A DNA stretch of 64,000 bases from Vicugna vicugna (Eukaryota): positions 1,215,681 to 1,279,680 of the forward strand of contig MU061178.1 in assembly GCA_013265495.1 (NCBI GenBank), given 5' to 3'. The notes beneath the pieces are model-generated. The model searched no databases. It saw nothing but the letters and a program-made list of their open reading frames with translations, and was not told the origin of the DNA. Every line of letters starts with the position of its first letter. The stretch's first letter is position 1. The position numbers were made by a program, and so were the translations under genes. Shown here piece after piece: positions 46,785-58,690 of this stretch.

Positions 46785-49700
46785 TATATCATAAAAGAGG
46801 TACAAATTAAGTGTTGTAAAGGTTCAGAGGAATGAAAGATCACTTCCAAGCGGAGGATCATGGAAGGCTTCATGAAAGAGTGATAACTGGGCTAGGCCTG
46901 GAAGGACGAGTATGACTCATCTGTGTAGACACTGGAAGAGAGGACGGGGTGGAGGGTGGAGACTAGCAGCAGCGAGTTCAGTGCTGGGAATTCTAGGCAC
47001 TGTGGCATTTGGTGGGGAAGGTATTTTTGGAAGTGGGCTGTGACACATCTCAAAGTATACTATATGAGTACTTGCTTACTCTTCTGTTGTGGGACAAGCC
47101 CTGTCCAGGGGCGTGTGACCTGCACATGTGGATGAGTCGACTCAGGGAAAGAGACAAATGCTGATTAAAGCTTCCACACGGCTGACTGCTTAGAAAACCC
47201 AACACTTAGGACTATGTTCTGAGGTAACTGCTTAAAACCTTTTATCAACAAATAGCTTTTAGACTTCAGTATGGAAGAGAAAATACTGGGAGAGATTCTA
47301 CAGCCTTGCGCAGCTCTGCAAACAGAGGGCATTTCAGGGCACTTGTGAGGGACCCAGTGTCATGTTTAGCTTCTTTTTAGACTGTCTTACATTTCTTGCA
47401 GTCTCCTGTGATCATAGGAGCCCGGTATTCCATGGACAGTAAGCCCAGCAAAGCTAAAGAGTGGAGCTCTGTAGAGACAGATCTGCAGTTCTTTCCAGAG
47501 TCTGACTTATAACAACTGTAGTTAATTTGTAACTATTAGTAATAGGCAGCTCTCCAGAAATTCCACAATTGCATATTGAAATAGGAAAACCCCAGGTCAC
47601 CTGGGTAGGAAATTATTAATGGGGTGAAAACTTTTCCCGACCATTAAAACAAGATCCTGCCACTTGCCTGTAAGTGAAAGTTTAAAGAAACCTCTTTTCT
47701 CGATTAGAAAAAACAAAGTCAATATCTGATTACAGCACAATTCAAGGTCATTCTGCTGAATTCTTTTGGGTACACAAAACTCCAAAAGAGCAGCAGCCCA
47801 GGTGAATGACCCACAAGTGCCCTGACTCAGAATCCAAATGCCTGGGGGTGCTTTCCGTAAAGTGCTTCTAAAGGTGTTAAATCACCAGGAATCATAGTTG
47901 CTACATTAACTTTGCACAAACCTGCACTGCATGTAAATTGTTGTCATGCACCGTGTCTCATCTAATCCTTGCAAAACTCAGTGAAGTGAATATTAGTCTT
48001 CTACTTAGCAGAGGAGAAAACTGAGGCCCAGATAATTTAAGTACATTTTCCTAAATCTTAGGGTGAGTGTGTATCACTGGGAAGGTTTACAGCTGGTCTC
48101 AGGAATCTCAGTCTGTGCTCTGGAGCGAGGTGTGAAGATGAGAAACAAGATTGGGCATTGTGGGTGGAAAGGTGGAGGGAGAGGCACACAGGGCAAATGC
48201 CTGATTATCTAGGAATATGCTGTCCCCAGACAGGGACAAGCTTTTACCAGCCTTCTCTCTGCCTGGGAAGGTAAAATCAGTGGCAGAGAACCTCCAGGTC
48301 TGGGAGTGACCAAAGTTATGATGTAGTTCAAATCCCTCATTTTTCTGGATGTGGAATCTGAGTCCTAGAGAAACTAAATGTCTTGCAGACTTATGCAGCG
48401 AACTGGTGACAAAGCTGGGATTGTTACCCAGTGTTCTGGATCTTACAGGAATTTCTACTTCGACCCCAAGTGCTCTTCCAGCTACATTCTCTCTCCTTTT
48501 GACTCCAAAGAAATGTGTTTACAATGAAAGATGACTGGGCGTTCCTTAGATAAGCGAGCTGATATTAACAATTGCCACTATTCATCCAGCACCTGCGACA
48601 TGCCAAGTTCTGTGCTAGATCTTTCATATACATTATTTTTAATCTTCACAAGGACTCTGCAGAGTATATATTATTATCTCTGCGAGGAGATGGAGGCCAG
48701 GGATGAGGAGGGACTTGCCAAGACAGAACTGAGTTTACGTTCTTTCCTCTGTGCAGTACAGCCTCTGTAATAATTTCTCTCTTGTCCCAGAAAACAGAAA
48801 TGTCTGAATTTTTTTTATATGATCAAGTATCATTTTGGGAAGATCATTAAAATTCACATTGTTTATTCCTAGAACAATATCTGATTTAAAAAGTGAGATA
48901 AGGGAGATGAATCAGTTATCGCTTTTAAACAGAGTTCTTAGAAGTCTTGATTAACAAGTTTTTTTTTTTATTGCGAAGGAAAACCAACAATAAAAAAACA
49001 TTGTAGTTCAAGTCATATGCTTAAGTAATTTTTTTAGAAGAGAAAGGGTTTTTCTTTTTTTTTAAACCCTTGTTTGTCTAGGGTGCTAGGGACAGAGCTC
49101 TAGAGGTTCTTTTGTATTAATTAGTTCTTCCCTCAACTTCTAATACCTTTAGGAGCGCTAACGGCATTCATCATCTATACCTTAGTTACTTTGATACATC
49201 TGCTTTCTGCTTAGCACCTGTGATATGCCTTCCAAATTAAAAAAAAAAAGCATTTTTTTAAATGTGGAAAACTTTAAATGGAGAGGCCTGAGTGCCATGC
49301 CTCCAAGGAGGGAGCTGGACCACAGATGGGCAGCATGGAATTGCTCGGTACTTGAGAATCAGCAGGGAAGGTTGCCAGGAAATGGGAAAATAGAACTGAA
49401 GGGAGTTGGGAAAGTGGCAACATGAAATATCTCAATTTCCATTTTTCCTCTGATCCCTGGTGGCTGTTTCTGGCCACTATGCCCCCGAATCCTGATACAA
49501 CATGGGTGGCTAATTACTAGCTTAAAGTTCTGCCCTTCATCAGGCAGTGCAGAGAGGTGTCGTGATGGGTCTTGCGGTGTGATTCCCAGCACTGTACCTC
49601 TGTCATTCCTTTTCACATGGATCCTCTGCTTCCAGCTGTACAACCCAGGGTGGTCACATCTTGGATAGCTGCCACAGAACTGGGGTAAGAGCCTTTTTTC

Positions 49701-52129
49701 TCTCAAAGAGCAGGTTGATAGAGCGGCTTCAAGGCTATTGTGATGATGCCTCAATCTGCTGTCACAGCCTTTTACGTGGCTTCTTGCCTTTTGCCTTATA
49801 TTGCCTGATCCCTGACTGCTGGCTTGGTTTTAACCCACACACTTAATCTTGACTCCAGACACACGTCTGATTCCTGGCTGTTTGCTAGGCGTGAGCCCTA
49901 CTGGTTTTTCCCATTTGCAGCCCCTACCTGTGATCCTTGGGTTTGTTTCCTTCCAAGCTTCCCACCCTGGCTCTGGGATCTGATGATCCTCATCAGCACC
50001 AGTCCTGACCCAACAGTGAGATTCAGTCTCACTGAGCAGCCAGGTAAACAAGAGGACTCTGAAAGGAGCTGACAATCTCACATCATCATCTGGCATCTGG
50101 CACAATTCTCATGGTCTTTTTGAACGTAGAGTCGCTTTTATATGTTATAAGCGTTCAAAGAATTCTTATACAGAAGAAATCTTTTGTAATCAGGGGGCAA
50201 TAATTGTTATTCTTTCCAGTTGTCGAGTTAGCTATGCCTCTGTAGGTTGTAACACAGCGTTCCAAGTTTATTGAGTTCCTGTGGTGTCCTGAAATTGGGG
50301 TCAGTCCACCTCTCCAAAGAGGACCAACCATGTTCCTGGGATGCAGGATATTTGATAGACGGCTCATGGCTGATAATTTCGACTGCTTCTTCCTCATTCT
50401 AAAAGTGAACCAAAGTCAGTTTCCCCACAGAACCTAGATTTTTGAAGTAACTTTACCTGTATGAAATCTCAGCTTATCTCAGTAGGATATTATTAAAGGA
50501 AGGAGAATTTCTCATCCAAGGTAACTAACTCAAATCAAGGTCCTTGGCTGGGAAACAAAACTCAATACCTGATCTCAACAAAGCTCTGGCAGGTTTGTTG
50601 AGAGTATGTAACCATGGATAATTTCTTGGGCAAATAAACCTGAGATTAATTTCTCACTATTTTCTGGGAATATATTGAAGCACCTGTAAATTTGGATAGG
50701 ATGGGCTCTCAAATATCAATTCTTTTACAACATGGTTCCTAAGAATTCACATTAAGCATATTTCTAAAATTATAACTGACTATGACAGATAAGCTGAGGA
50801 GTCAGTGTCATCTCTTAGAGTTCACGATAATCTTAAGGGCATGTTATCAACCACATTTCTAACCCCAAATCAAGCAGTTTTAGGTGTGGCTCTTAAAGCA
50901 GTTGATTTCCACAATGTCACACTTTACCCTGCACTTGTAGCTGCTCTTTGAGCTGTAGGGTTTGGTGGGGCTGGGGATGCTGACCTCAGGAAGGATTTGG
51001 GACAGTGCTTGGCAATCCTGTGACACATCAGTTGTCCTTTCCCGTCATCAATCTGGGGTTAACGGGATCAAAAACAGAGCACGATTCCTGGCTTATGTTG
51101 AAATTCTCTGTTGTCCTTTGAAACCCTAAGTAAAGATTTCCTCCTATTGTGTAACTCAAGAAGTTTGATTAAGTATGGTGTTTGGCATTCTGTTTCTGGA
51201 AATCTCTCTTTCTAGAGGCCACTTATAGGTGTTCTAGAATTGCCTGAGTGACAGTGCTGGATGATGCAAGGGAGGCCACAAGCCAAGTCTGTGTGGCAAT
51301 GATGAGCAGGGGCCATTCCAAGAGGGATGCAGTAGCAACTCAAAGGATCTATCACTCAGACAACCAAGGTCGTAGGGAGCAGAACAGGAACACCGAGAAG
51401 CAGTCCCTGATAAACCAATGCAGTAATTGGAAGTGTTTCTGGCGATGTGAAGGAGGACTCAGGAGGCCTCCGGGGTGAGATAAGGCAAGCAATCAACATG
51501 TCAAGGTAATTTGTTAGCAGTTCTGGCTTTGGGTCGAGGTGTGTAAACCTGCCTGCTGTGATGTATGAAGCCTGCTGCCCTGAGGAAACTTGGCCATAGG
51601 ACAGTAGCAAAGTGCAGCCTGCCTGGAACTGACAAGAGGGGCCACCCGTACCTGTCAATGTAATACCCGTCCCAGTGAAGGAGGACGCTGATTACAAACT
51701 GCTCATATAGAAAGAGGGGTAGACCTGGCCTCGATATAGGACAGCAGGGTGTTTCCCACCTTTCCTTCATCTTGTTGAGTTAGTTCTTACGGACTGATGC
51801 TCTAAAACAGCCGAAAATGGGTATAAGGGCTTGAGTGAAGGTTCTTCAGTGTAGGCCAAATGGACACTACAACTGTCTGAACTCACACCGATTACAGACA
51901 CCCCCCATCATCTCACTGAGCTCACACAGATTACACACCGCTTACCACATGGTTAACCTCACACCCGACTCTGTATGTTTCTCACTGTCCTACTGAGCCC
52001 ACACCAACCACACCCACCCTTCACCGTCTCAACGATTTGACATCCACTCTGCACTGTGCTCAGAGGCGACTGCACAGCCCAGCTCACTGACTTTACGCAG
52101 ATACATATTGCTGTGAAAGCACTTGCTTT

Positions 52130-52760
52130 TTTCTCCAGTCAATATCTATTTTTCCTAGAAATAAACCCTGGTTTTACTCAAGGTGGAGTTGTGTGCAGCT
52201 ACGAGACTCCCTTGCAGTTACACTTGGTTACGTAACTAAGTCTGGCCAATGAGACTTAAATGTTGCTGGGTGGGGTTCCGGGGAAGGTTTCTTGAAAGGG
52301 GGCGGCCTACTAGGCATAATCTTTTGTCCTTAGTCTTTATATTTTTCCCTCCAGTTTTGAAAACAGATATGATGGTCAGATCTCATCAGTTGCCTTGTGA
52401 CTTTGAGACTAGAAGCCACCTCATAAGAATGGTTGGTTCACTGCTGTGCACGTGAAACTAACAGTGTAAATCAACTACAATTTAATAAAAAATTTGAAGA
52501 ATTAAAAAAGACCTCCCCAAAAGTTACATCTTCTTGCTGAGAAAACAAACAAAAAAATGAAAAAAAGAAAAGAAAAGAAAAACAACCCCCCAAAAACAAA
52601 AACAAACAAACAAAGAATGTTAACTTTGCGAAACTACAGTATCACCTCTGGGCCTCCTATCTTTTAATTTCTTTTATATGAGAAAATGAACCCTTGGTTT
52701 TACTTAAGCCCCTGTATTTGGGTCTCTGTTACAACAGCTGAATGCAATTCTTACTGACAC
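52130..52760 (+). mobile_element. Old MLT1 (J/K-like) LTR interrupted by a short L1 3' tail (~52433-52610)
   Basis: ggccaatgagact...gggaaggtttctt start and ...gggtctctgttacaacagctgaatgcaattcttactgacaca end. The insert is flanked by aagaatg(g/t)t. Confidence 0.65.
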
Positions 52761-53473
52761 AAACCCTCACCATTCTTCTGAGCTTGCACTGACTGTGCAT
52801 ACACTCAGCGTCCCCCTTGGCCAATGTGACTCAGTATATTACCATCTCTCCATGATGTCGCATAAGTGGAACAACTGTCTTTTTTTTTTTTTTAATGCCT
52901 AGCTAAGTCTCTGCATTTTCCTTTATACTTATCCAGTTGCATAAAGCAGAATGGACCAGAATCTCTGAGGTATATTAATCATATTCTGTAAATGTTAATG
53001 GGGAGAGGCTAAGCCAGTACAACACAGGTGTATGTAGAAACAAATAGTTAGGTGGTACAGAAAGATGTGAGATCCACATTTCTTCCTCTACGAGGTCAGC
53101 ACTGAATTATGTCATCATAGTGCTACTTCTGCATCACAGGGGGAAGGGTGGGGTCCTCGAGGGCGGACTTTACAATTTCCTAGTGTAAAGCTGAGTCATA
53201 CCCCTGCACTTCCCAAAGGGTTATGTTTGGAAACAAGTTCACATTAATTTCTTACCTTGCCTTATCAGTTTCCCCCTAAAAAATTAAAAGAAGCAAAATT
53301 CAAGATAGGGAGTTTGTACCTGGAAAGCAGGAAGTAGAAGGATCGGTTTATACCAGTGCTGCCCCACAGAGGGAGAGCCTGTGATGGTGCCCCTGGAGGA
53401 GTACAAAGCAGAGGACCTGGCTCATTCCCACTCAGACCATCTCAGCTACTAGCAGAGTCCTTGGGGACTGGCT

Positions 53474-53537
53474 AAGGTGAAACTCTTGCTCTGGTTCCAG
53501 TTCATCCTTATTCTTTTGGGAAAAGCCCTCTCCCCAG
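53474..53537 (+). pseudogene. Candidate exon 1 (signal peptide) of the pentraxin pseudogene
   Basis: AAG(ATG?)-GTG-AAA-CTC-TTG-CTC-TGG-TTC reads K/M-V-K-L-L-L-W-F-Q-F-I-L-I-L-L-G-K-A-L-S-P, resembling CRP MEKLLW.. and SAP MNKPLLW... No canonical donor follows, so tentative. Confidence 0.35.
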
Positions 53538-54072
53538 GCTTCAGCGTGGTGGCCCAGGGGAGGTGTCCTCTAAGAGGACAAGTCTTCAGGTCAATGGTTT
53601 TTCCACCAAGGACTCTTCAGGCTGCAAAGGGTAAGACTGAGGAGGATGTGACTGAAACCTCTAGGTAAGAAGTGGTTACCTCGGCATAAAAATCACCTTT
53701 TCCTGTTCTATCAGAACGAGGAAGCAGAGCTTAAAACTTTTAAAGGAGTATATCTAGGATAAAAGTTATTTATTTTAAATAGGGAGTTCTTGGGTGTCTG
53801 GACTCAACACTTCTAGATCTCTGTTCTTAATCAGTCAGCTACCCAGAAAAACTAGAGGATGTCTCTACATGACCCCTTTCATGAGACTCTTGGTGACCAG
53901 CTGTGACTGGCGGGTGGGGGCCTATGACTCTTTGGAAGCCTCAAGGTCATCCCTCAGATGTGGGGTCCAAGGCCATATCTGAGTCGTGGCCACTCCCTCA
54001 TTTTGCTCTTTATAGATTTCACAGGGACTGGCATTCACACAGCTCGTCATTTCTTTAAAAAATAGCCCATGT

Positions 54073-54666
54073 CATATATCCAGAGGGAACTCTATTCAGG
54101 AAGACACAGGCACTTCAATGTTCACAGCAGCCAAGACATGGATGTGATCTAATGTCCATCGACAGCTGACTGGATAAAGAAGTTGTGATGCACATATATA
54201 CATATACACATAACTACTACTCAGCCATAACAGAACAAAATAATGCCATTGGCAGCAACGTGGATGGGCCCGAAGATCATCATTCTAAGTGAAGTAAGCC
54301 AGAAAGAGAAAGAAAAATGCCATATGATATCACTTGTATGTGGAATCTAAAAGAAAGACACAAATGAACTTATTTACAAAACAGAAACAGAATCACAGAC
54401 ATAGAAAACAAACTTATGGTTACCATGTGGTAAAGGGGTGGGAAGGGATAAGCTGGGAACTCGAGATTTGTAGATTCTAACTACTGTATATAAACTAGGT
54501 GAACAACAAGTTTCCACTGTAGAGCACAGGGAACTATATTCAATATCTTGCAGTAACCTATAATGAAAAACAATATGGAAACAAATACATGTATGTATAT
54601 GTGTGACAAACATGCTGTATGCCAGAAACTGACACACTGTAGACTGACTCTACTTCAGTAAAAAAT
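54073..54666 (+). mobile_element. 5'-truncated cetartiodactyl L1 (ORF2 end plus 3' UTR)
   Basis: L1 3' motifs; 16-bp TSD aaaaaatagcccatgt (54057-72) / aaaaaatagcccacgt (54667-82) at a TT|AAAA site. Confidence 0.92.
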
Positions 54667-55205
54667 AAAAAATAGCCCACGTTAATTTTTCAGTGATGGA
54701 TTTTCTACCTTAAGCGCAGAGGTCCTGCTACCTGCCTACCTTGCCAACTCAGCATTTGCGTATTATTTTTATGTTAATGACATGTAACAAAGAAGCTATT
54801 GTTTCAGATTTTCATTTTTTCCAGTCTGTCCCTGTTATTACTTGTTGGTAGGGACAAGTCACCCCATTTAAGCAACAGTTTCCTCATCTGTAAAATGAAG
54901 GCCAGAACATGCCCTGAGGACAAGTAACTTACTTAAGACACAAGCCAATCCCTGGCGGAGTCCTAGGTGCACCCAGGCCTCCTGCTCCCCTCCTCATGTC
55001 TTTTCTGATGACAACAGTAACTCACAGCTTGTTGGGAAAATCGGATTAGGTGATGTGCTGAGAGGCATTTTATGCTCTGAAAAGTGACACAAAGATCTTT
55101 GTGATTATTGCTAGGGATTTACGCTCCCTAACAATCCTAGTGACAGAGTGAGGCCTTTACTCTTAGAGAAAATTACTTTGCTTCACTATTTTGTTTCTCT
55201 CACAG

Positions 55206-55788
55206 ACCTCACGGGAATGGCTTTCAAGCTTTTTAAAGACTCAACTAATACTTATGAGGTTTTAAACTACAGTTGATGAAGCTTCTGTTGGCTTTTCCCA
55301 GCATCTGCATCTTCTCTGATCTCTCTGTCAGCTAGAGTTAGCTTTCCTCTGCCTCTGGGGACCACAATAATAATATCATCCCTTTTAGGTACACCATCTG
55401 TGTGTGTGTGTGTGCGCGCGCGCGCGCGTCTGTGTATCCCTGCCAAGAGTCCCAAGTACCCCTTGTGTTCCTATTTTACATCTATGTGACTCAGAGAAAG
55501 GCTCAGATTTTGTTGAGTTCTATACAAATAAAAACCCTCTAGTGAGAAAGACTGTGAAGAAAGAACATTTTGAGGAGACAGAGGCAAAGATGATCTTAGT
55601 GCAGGAACAGGCTTCCTTTGGTGGGGACCAGGCTTTGGGGGAGATGATGGACAGACAAACATGTGAGGCATTGTTTGTCCCTGAGGGATTAACACTGTCC
55701 ATGGTGGTGGGGACTTTGGTTCTAACGTCCTGGACTGGCTGGTGCTGATGTAGGAGGCACGTGGCAGTGTTCCCAGCTGTGGTCCTGG
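55206..55788 (+). pseudogene. Unprocessed CRP-like short pentraxin pseudogene, exon 2
   Basis: ctctcacAG acceptor then DLTGMAFKLFKDSTNTY../KLQLMKLLLAF..SDLS*S*../LHLCDSEKGSDFVEFYTNKNPLVRKTVKK..EAKMILVQEQASFGG../INTVHGGGDFGSNVLDW..*EARG..QLWS. Colinear with CRP exon 2, with at least 3 stops and several frameshifts. Confidence 0.9.
55399..55428. repeat. (TG)8(CG)7 microsatellite inside the pseudogene exon
   Basis: Direct reading. Confidence 0.95.
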
Positions 55789-56340
55789 GCCCTGGTGCTC
55801 TCAGAGGGTGGGGTCCTCAGGGTGCCTGCTGGAGGTGGCTCCTCCCACTTCTGTCTTGGGTTGTGGTGCTGTGCCACGGGTGTCCACACTGAGGGGCTGG
55901 CTTTCCCTTCTCCCTTTCTATCTGGCTTAAGAGCATTTCTGAGGGTCTTAGTGAGTTCTTGAGAAGAATGAGCTCCTTTAAGAGGTTTGGTCACCAGAAA
56001 TAATAGAATTGTAGGATTTTTAGAATCAAAGAGGGTCTCAGAAACCTTATTGTTCGAAATTCTTATTTTATAGATGAGGACACTGAAGCCCAGAGAGGTT
56101 AAATGATTCGCTCAGCTTTGGTAGCTTGATAGTATCTGTGTTAGGATGATAATGCAGGTTTCTTGATTTCTAATTAGACGCTCTTTCCTACTGAATCTTT
56201 TTGCAATCGGGAAGAGGATATTCTTTTAATAAATAACAATAGGAAAGTTAGGGCAGATTCAAGAATTATGTGATTTACTATCTGGCAGTAGTAGCCACTC
56301 TAAGAGAAAATGGCTCTAAGTTAGTTTTAAGAAACTTATT

Positions 56341-56470
56341 AGGGAAGGAATATGAAAAGCAATATACGCATGTATATGTTGACCGAAACATGATGCTGCA
56401 AACCAGAAATTGACACAACATTGTAAACTAAATCTACTTTAATAAAAAAGAATGCAAATAATAAAAAAAG
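56341..56470 (+). mobile_element. Short L1 3'-terminal fragment
   Basis: gaatatgaaaagcaatata...ccagaaattgacacaacattgtaaact...aataaaaaa. Confidence 0.75.
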
Positions 56471-56940
56471 AAACTATCAAGGTCACAAAAATGCACAAAT
56501 AAACTGTCATGTCCCTTTCCACACTTTCCAGTGCTCTTTGTTTCTCTTTCTCTTAATGGTCCCACTTTCTAGCGTCTTCTGTCTTAATAAAGAGCACAAG
56601 GAGGTTCCAATAGGAGCCTCCATAGCATGTCTACATTTTTTTTTAATTATTACTTTTTTGTTCACAAACACAGGTTCTTATGAAAGCCCGGAAATGAAGT
56701 AAATAGGAAGGGAACGTTTCCTTCATCTTGATCTCTGATGACTGACTTCCTTTGCGGCTGGGGAATGTGGCCCTGGGCTTACTTCCAAGGCTTCATGAAA
56801 CCAAGGACTGAAGACGGAAAACTTGGCAATGGTGTTCAGCAGTTTTCTTCTTTTTTAAAATAAAATATATTTTAAAATGTAGTTTAAGTAAATTCAACCA
56901 GCGTGTCAAGTTATAAAATAAAAGAGTACGGGTTTTCACT

Positions 56941-57140
56941 GGGTGGTGTGTTGGAGCCGACCCTTACTGGCTAGTAAGAATAGATTGTTATTCAGGAATT
57001 ATTCTGAGCCTGTTGTTAAGTCATTGGTAGCTTGAAATCAGCCACGATGGGAATATTTACACCATGGAGATCAGTAAATGTTACAAATCAGGGCTTCTTT
57101 TTTTTTTTAATCAGAGAGTCACTTTGCCAGCACAACATCT
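56941..57140. mobile_element. MER63-like hAT-Blackjack element
   Basis: tggtgtgttggagccg...ttggtagcttgaaatcagccacgatgggaatatttacacca...tacaaatcagggc. Confidence 0.75.
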
Positions 57141-57844
57141 TTGCCACATGAGAAGTTCCACTGTCCAGAAGTCATCATTGTTGGTTTTCTTATGTAAAAC
57201 ATTCCCCAAAGTGATTATTCACATGCTAGCACATGTGCATTATTATTTTAATTCATTTATAGAAAGAGAATAATATTTCATGAAATTTTCTTGAGATCTT
57301 TCCATATCAACACATAGAGATCTAACAACTTACTATTTTCAACTATAATATAATACACTATTATATGGTTGTACCATAGTTTAATTAACCAGTGTCTTAA
57401 TGATGGGTGTCTTTTTTTTTTTTTTTTTTGGTTTCTCCAAAAGTAGACCTGAGACATGGGGCTGGGAGCAGATGGTTTATTTGGCAGGTGAATAAAGAAG
57501 CACAAGTGAGACAGTGAGCAAAGTGGGACAGAGACGTTTGCTTGTTTAAATCAGGTCCAAATAAAGCCCTCACATTTGATTGGCTTATACGTCTCCTAAA
57601 CCTCTTTGAATTTACAGGCTCCTCATTTGTCTTTTTTTCTTATTGCAATTTATTTCATTGAAGGAAACAGGTCATTTTGCTGATTGGATCCTCATGGCAT
57701 CATTTAATATGTTCCTCCATATGCTGTATTTCCTATAAATCATTGTTGGATATAAAGGTAGAAATTTGTCTTGGTTTAATAATGATAATAAAATAATGAT
57801 AGATATTCTGATTGTTAAACTCCATTTATTTTCATTAACACTAT

Positions 57845-58690
57845 TTTTATAATAGACTTTATCTGAGAACAGTTTTAGATTTAGAGAAAAACTGAGAGGA
57901 TAGTACAAAGAACTCTCCATCTAACTCCCCCTCTCAACGATTTCCCCCTTTTATGAATATTCTACTTTAATATGGAACATTTGTTACAAGTCATGAACTG
58001 ATATTGACACATTATTAACTAAAGCTCAAAGTATTTTCAGATTTTAAAAAATTTTATGTAACGTCCTTTTTCTGTTCCAAGATTCCATCCAGTAAATGCA
58101 CACTGTAGTTAGTTGTCCAGTCTCTTTAAATTCCCCTGCGCTGTGACAGTTTCGCAAACCTTTCTTGTGCTGGTCAGGTATACTGTCAAATGCTCATCTG
58201 TTGGAATTTGTCTGATGTTTCGCTCATGAGGAGACATGGCTTTGGGCTTCGGGAGGACACCCACAGAGGTAAAGTGCCGTCTCATCGCATTGTAGCAGGA
58301 GTGCCAACCGTCAACATGGTCTGTGGCTGCGCTGTTGACTTTGGCCACAGAGGCAGTGTTGGCCAGGGTTCTCCCCCTCCCCCTCCATACTTCCACACTC
58401 TTTGGAAGGATGTCACATATTCAGCCCCACACTTAAGGGAGGGAGGGTTACCCTCCCCTTCCGTGCATACTGCCCCCTCCAAATAAAATTATTTGGAATT
58501 CTTCTGAATGAAATATTTGTTTCTTCTGCCCACACACTATTTACTCAATCGTTTATTTCTCTCAGTGTAGACTCAGATATTTATTTTGTCCTTTGGGCTA
58601 CAGTCGCATGCTACTTTATTTTGTTGGTTAAATTGTTCCAGCTTCGGCCAGCAGGAGCTCTTTCAGTTGGCTCCTGTGTCTTTAAGGAAT
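57845..58690 (-). mobile_element. Old L1 (L1MB/MC-like) 3' end, antisense
   Basis: agactttat...agttttagatttagagaaaaactgagagg...gttccaagattccatccag. Confidence 0.8.

Noticed and set aside
51240-51790. Overlapping ORFs considered as an ERV/LINE internal fragment or pseudogene
   Set aside because: No recognisable motifs; left unassigned.
53570-53630. Alternative pentraxin exon 1 ending at the strong donor 53630/53631
   Set aside because: The phase-1 frame (..SMVFPPRTLQAAK) is not hydrophobic and matches pentraxin signal peptides less well than 53474-53537.
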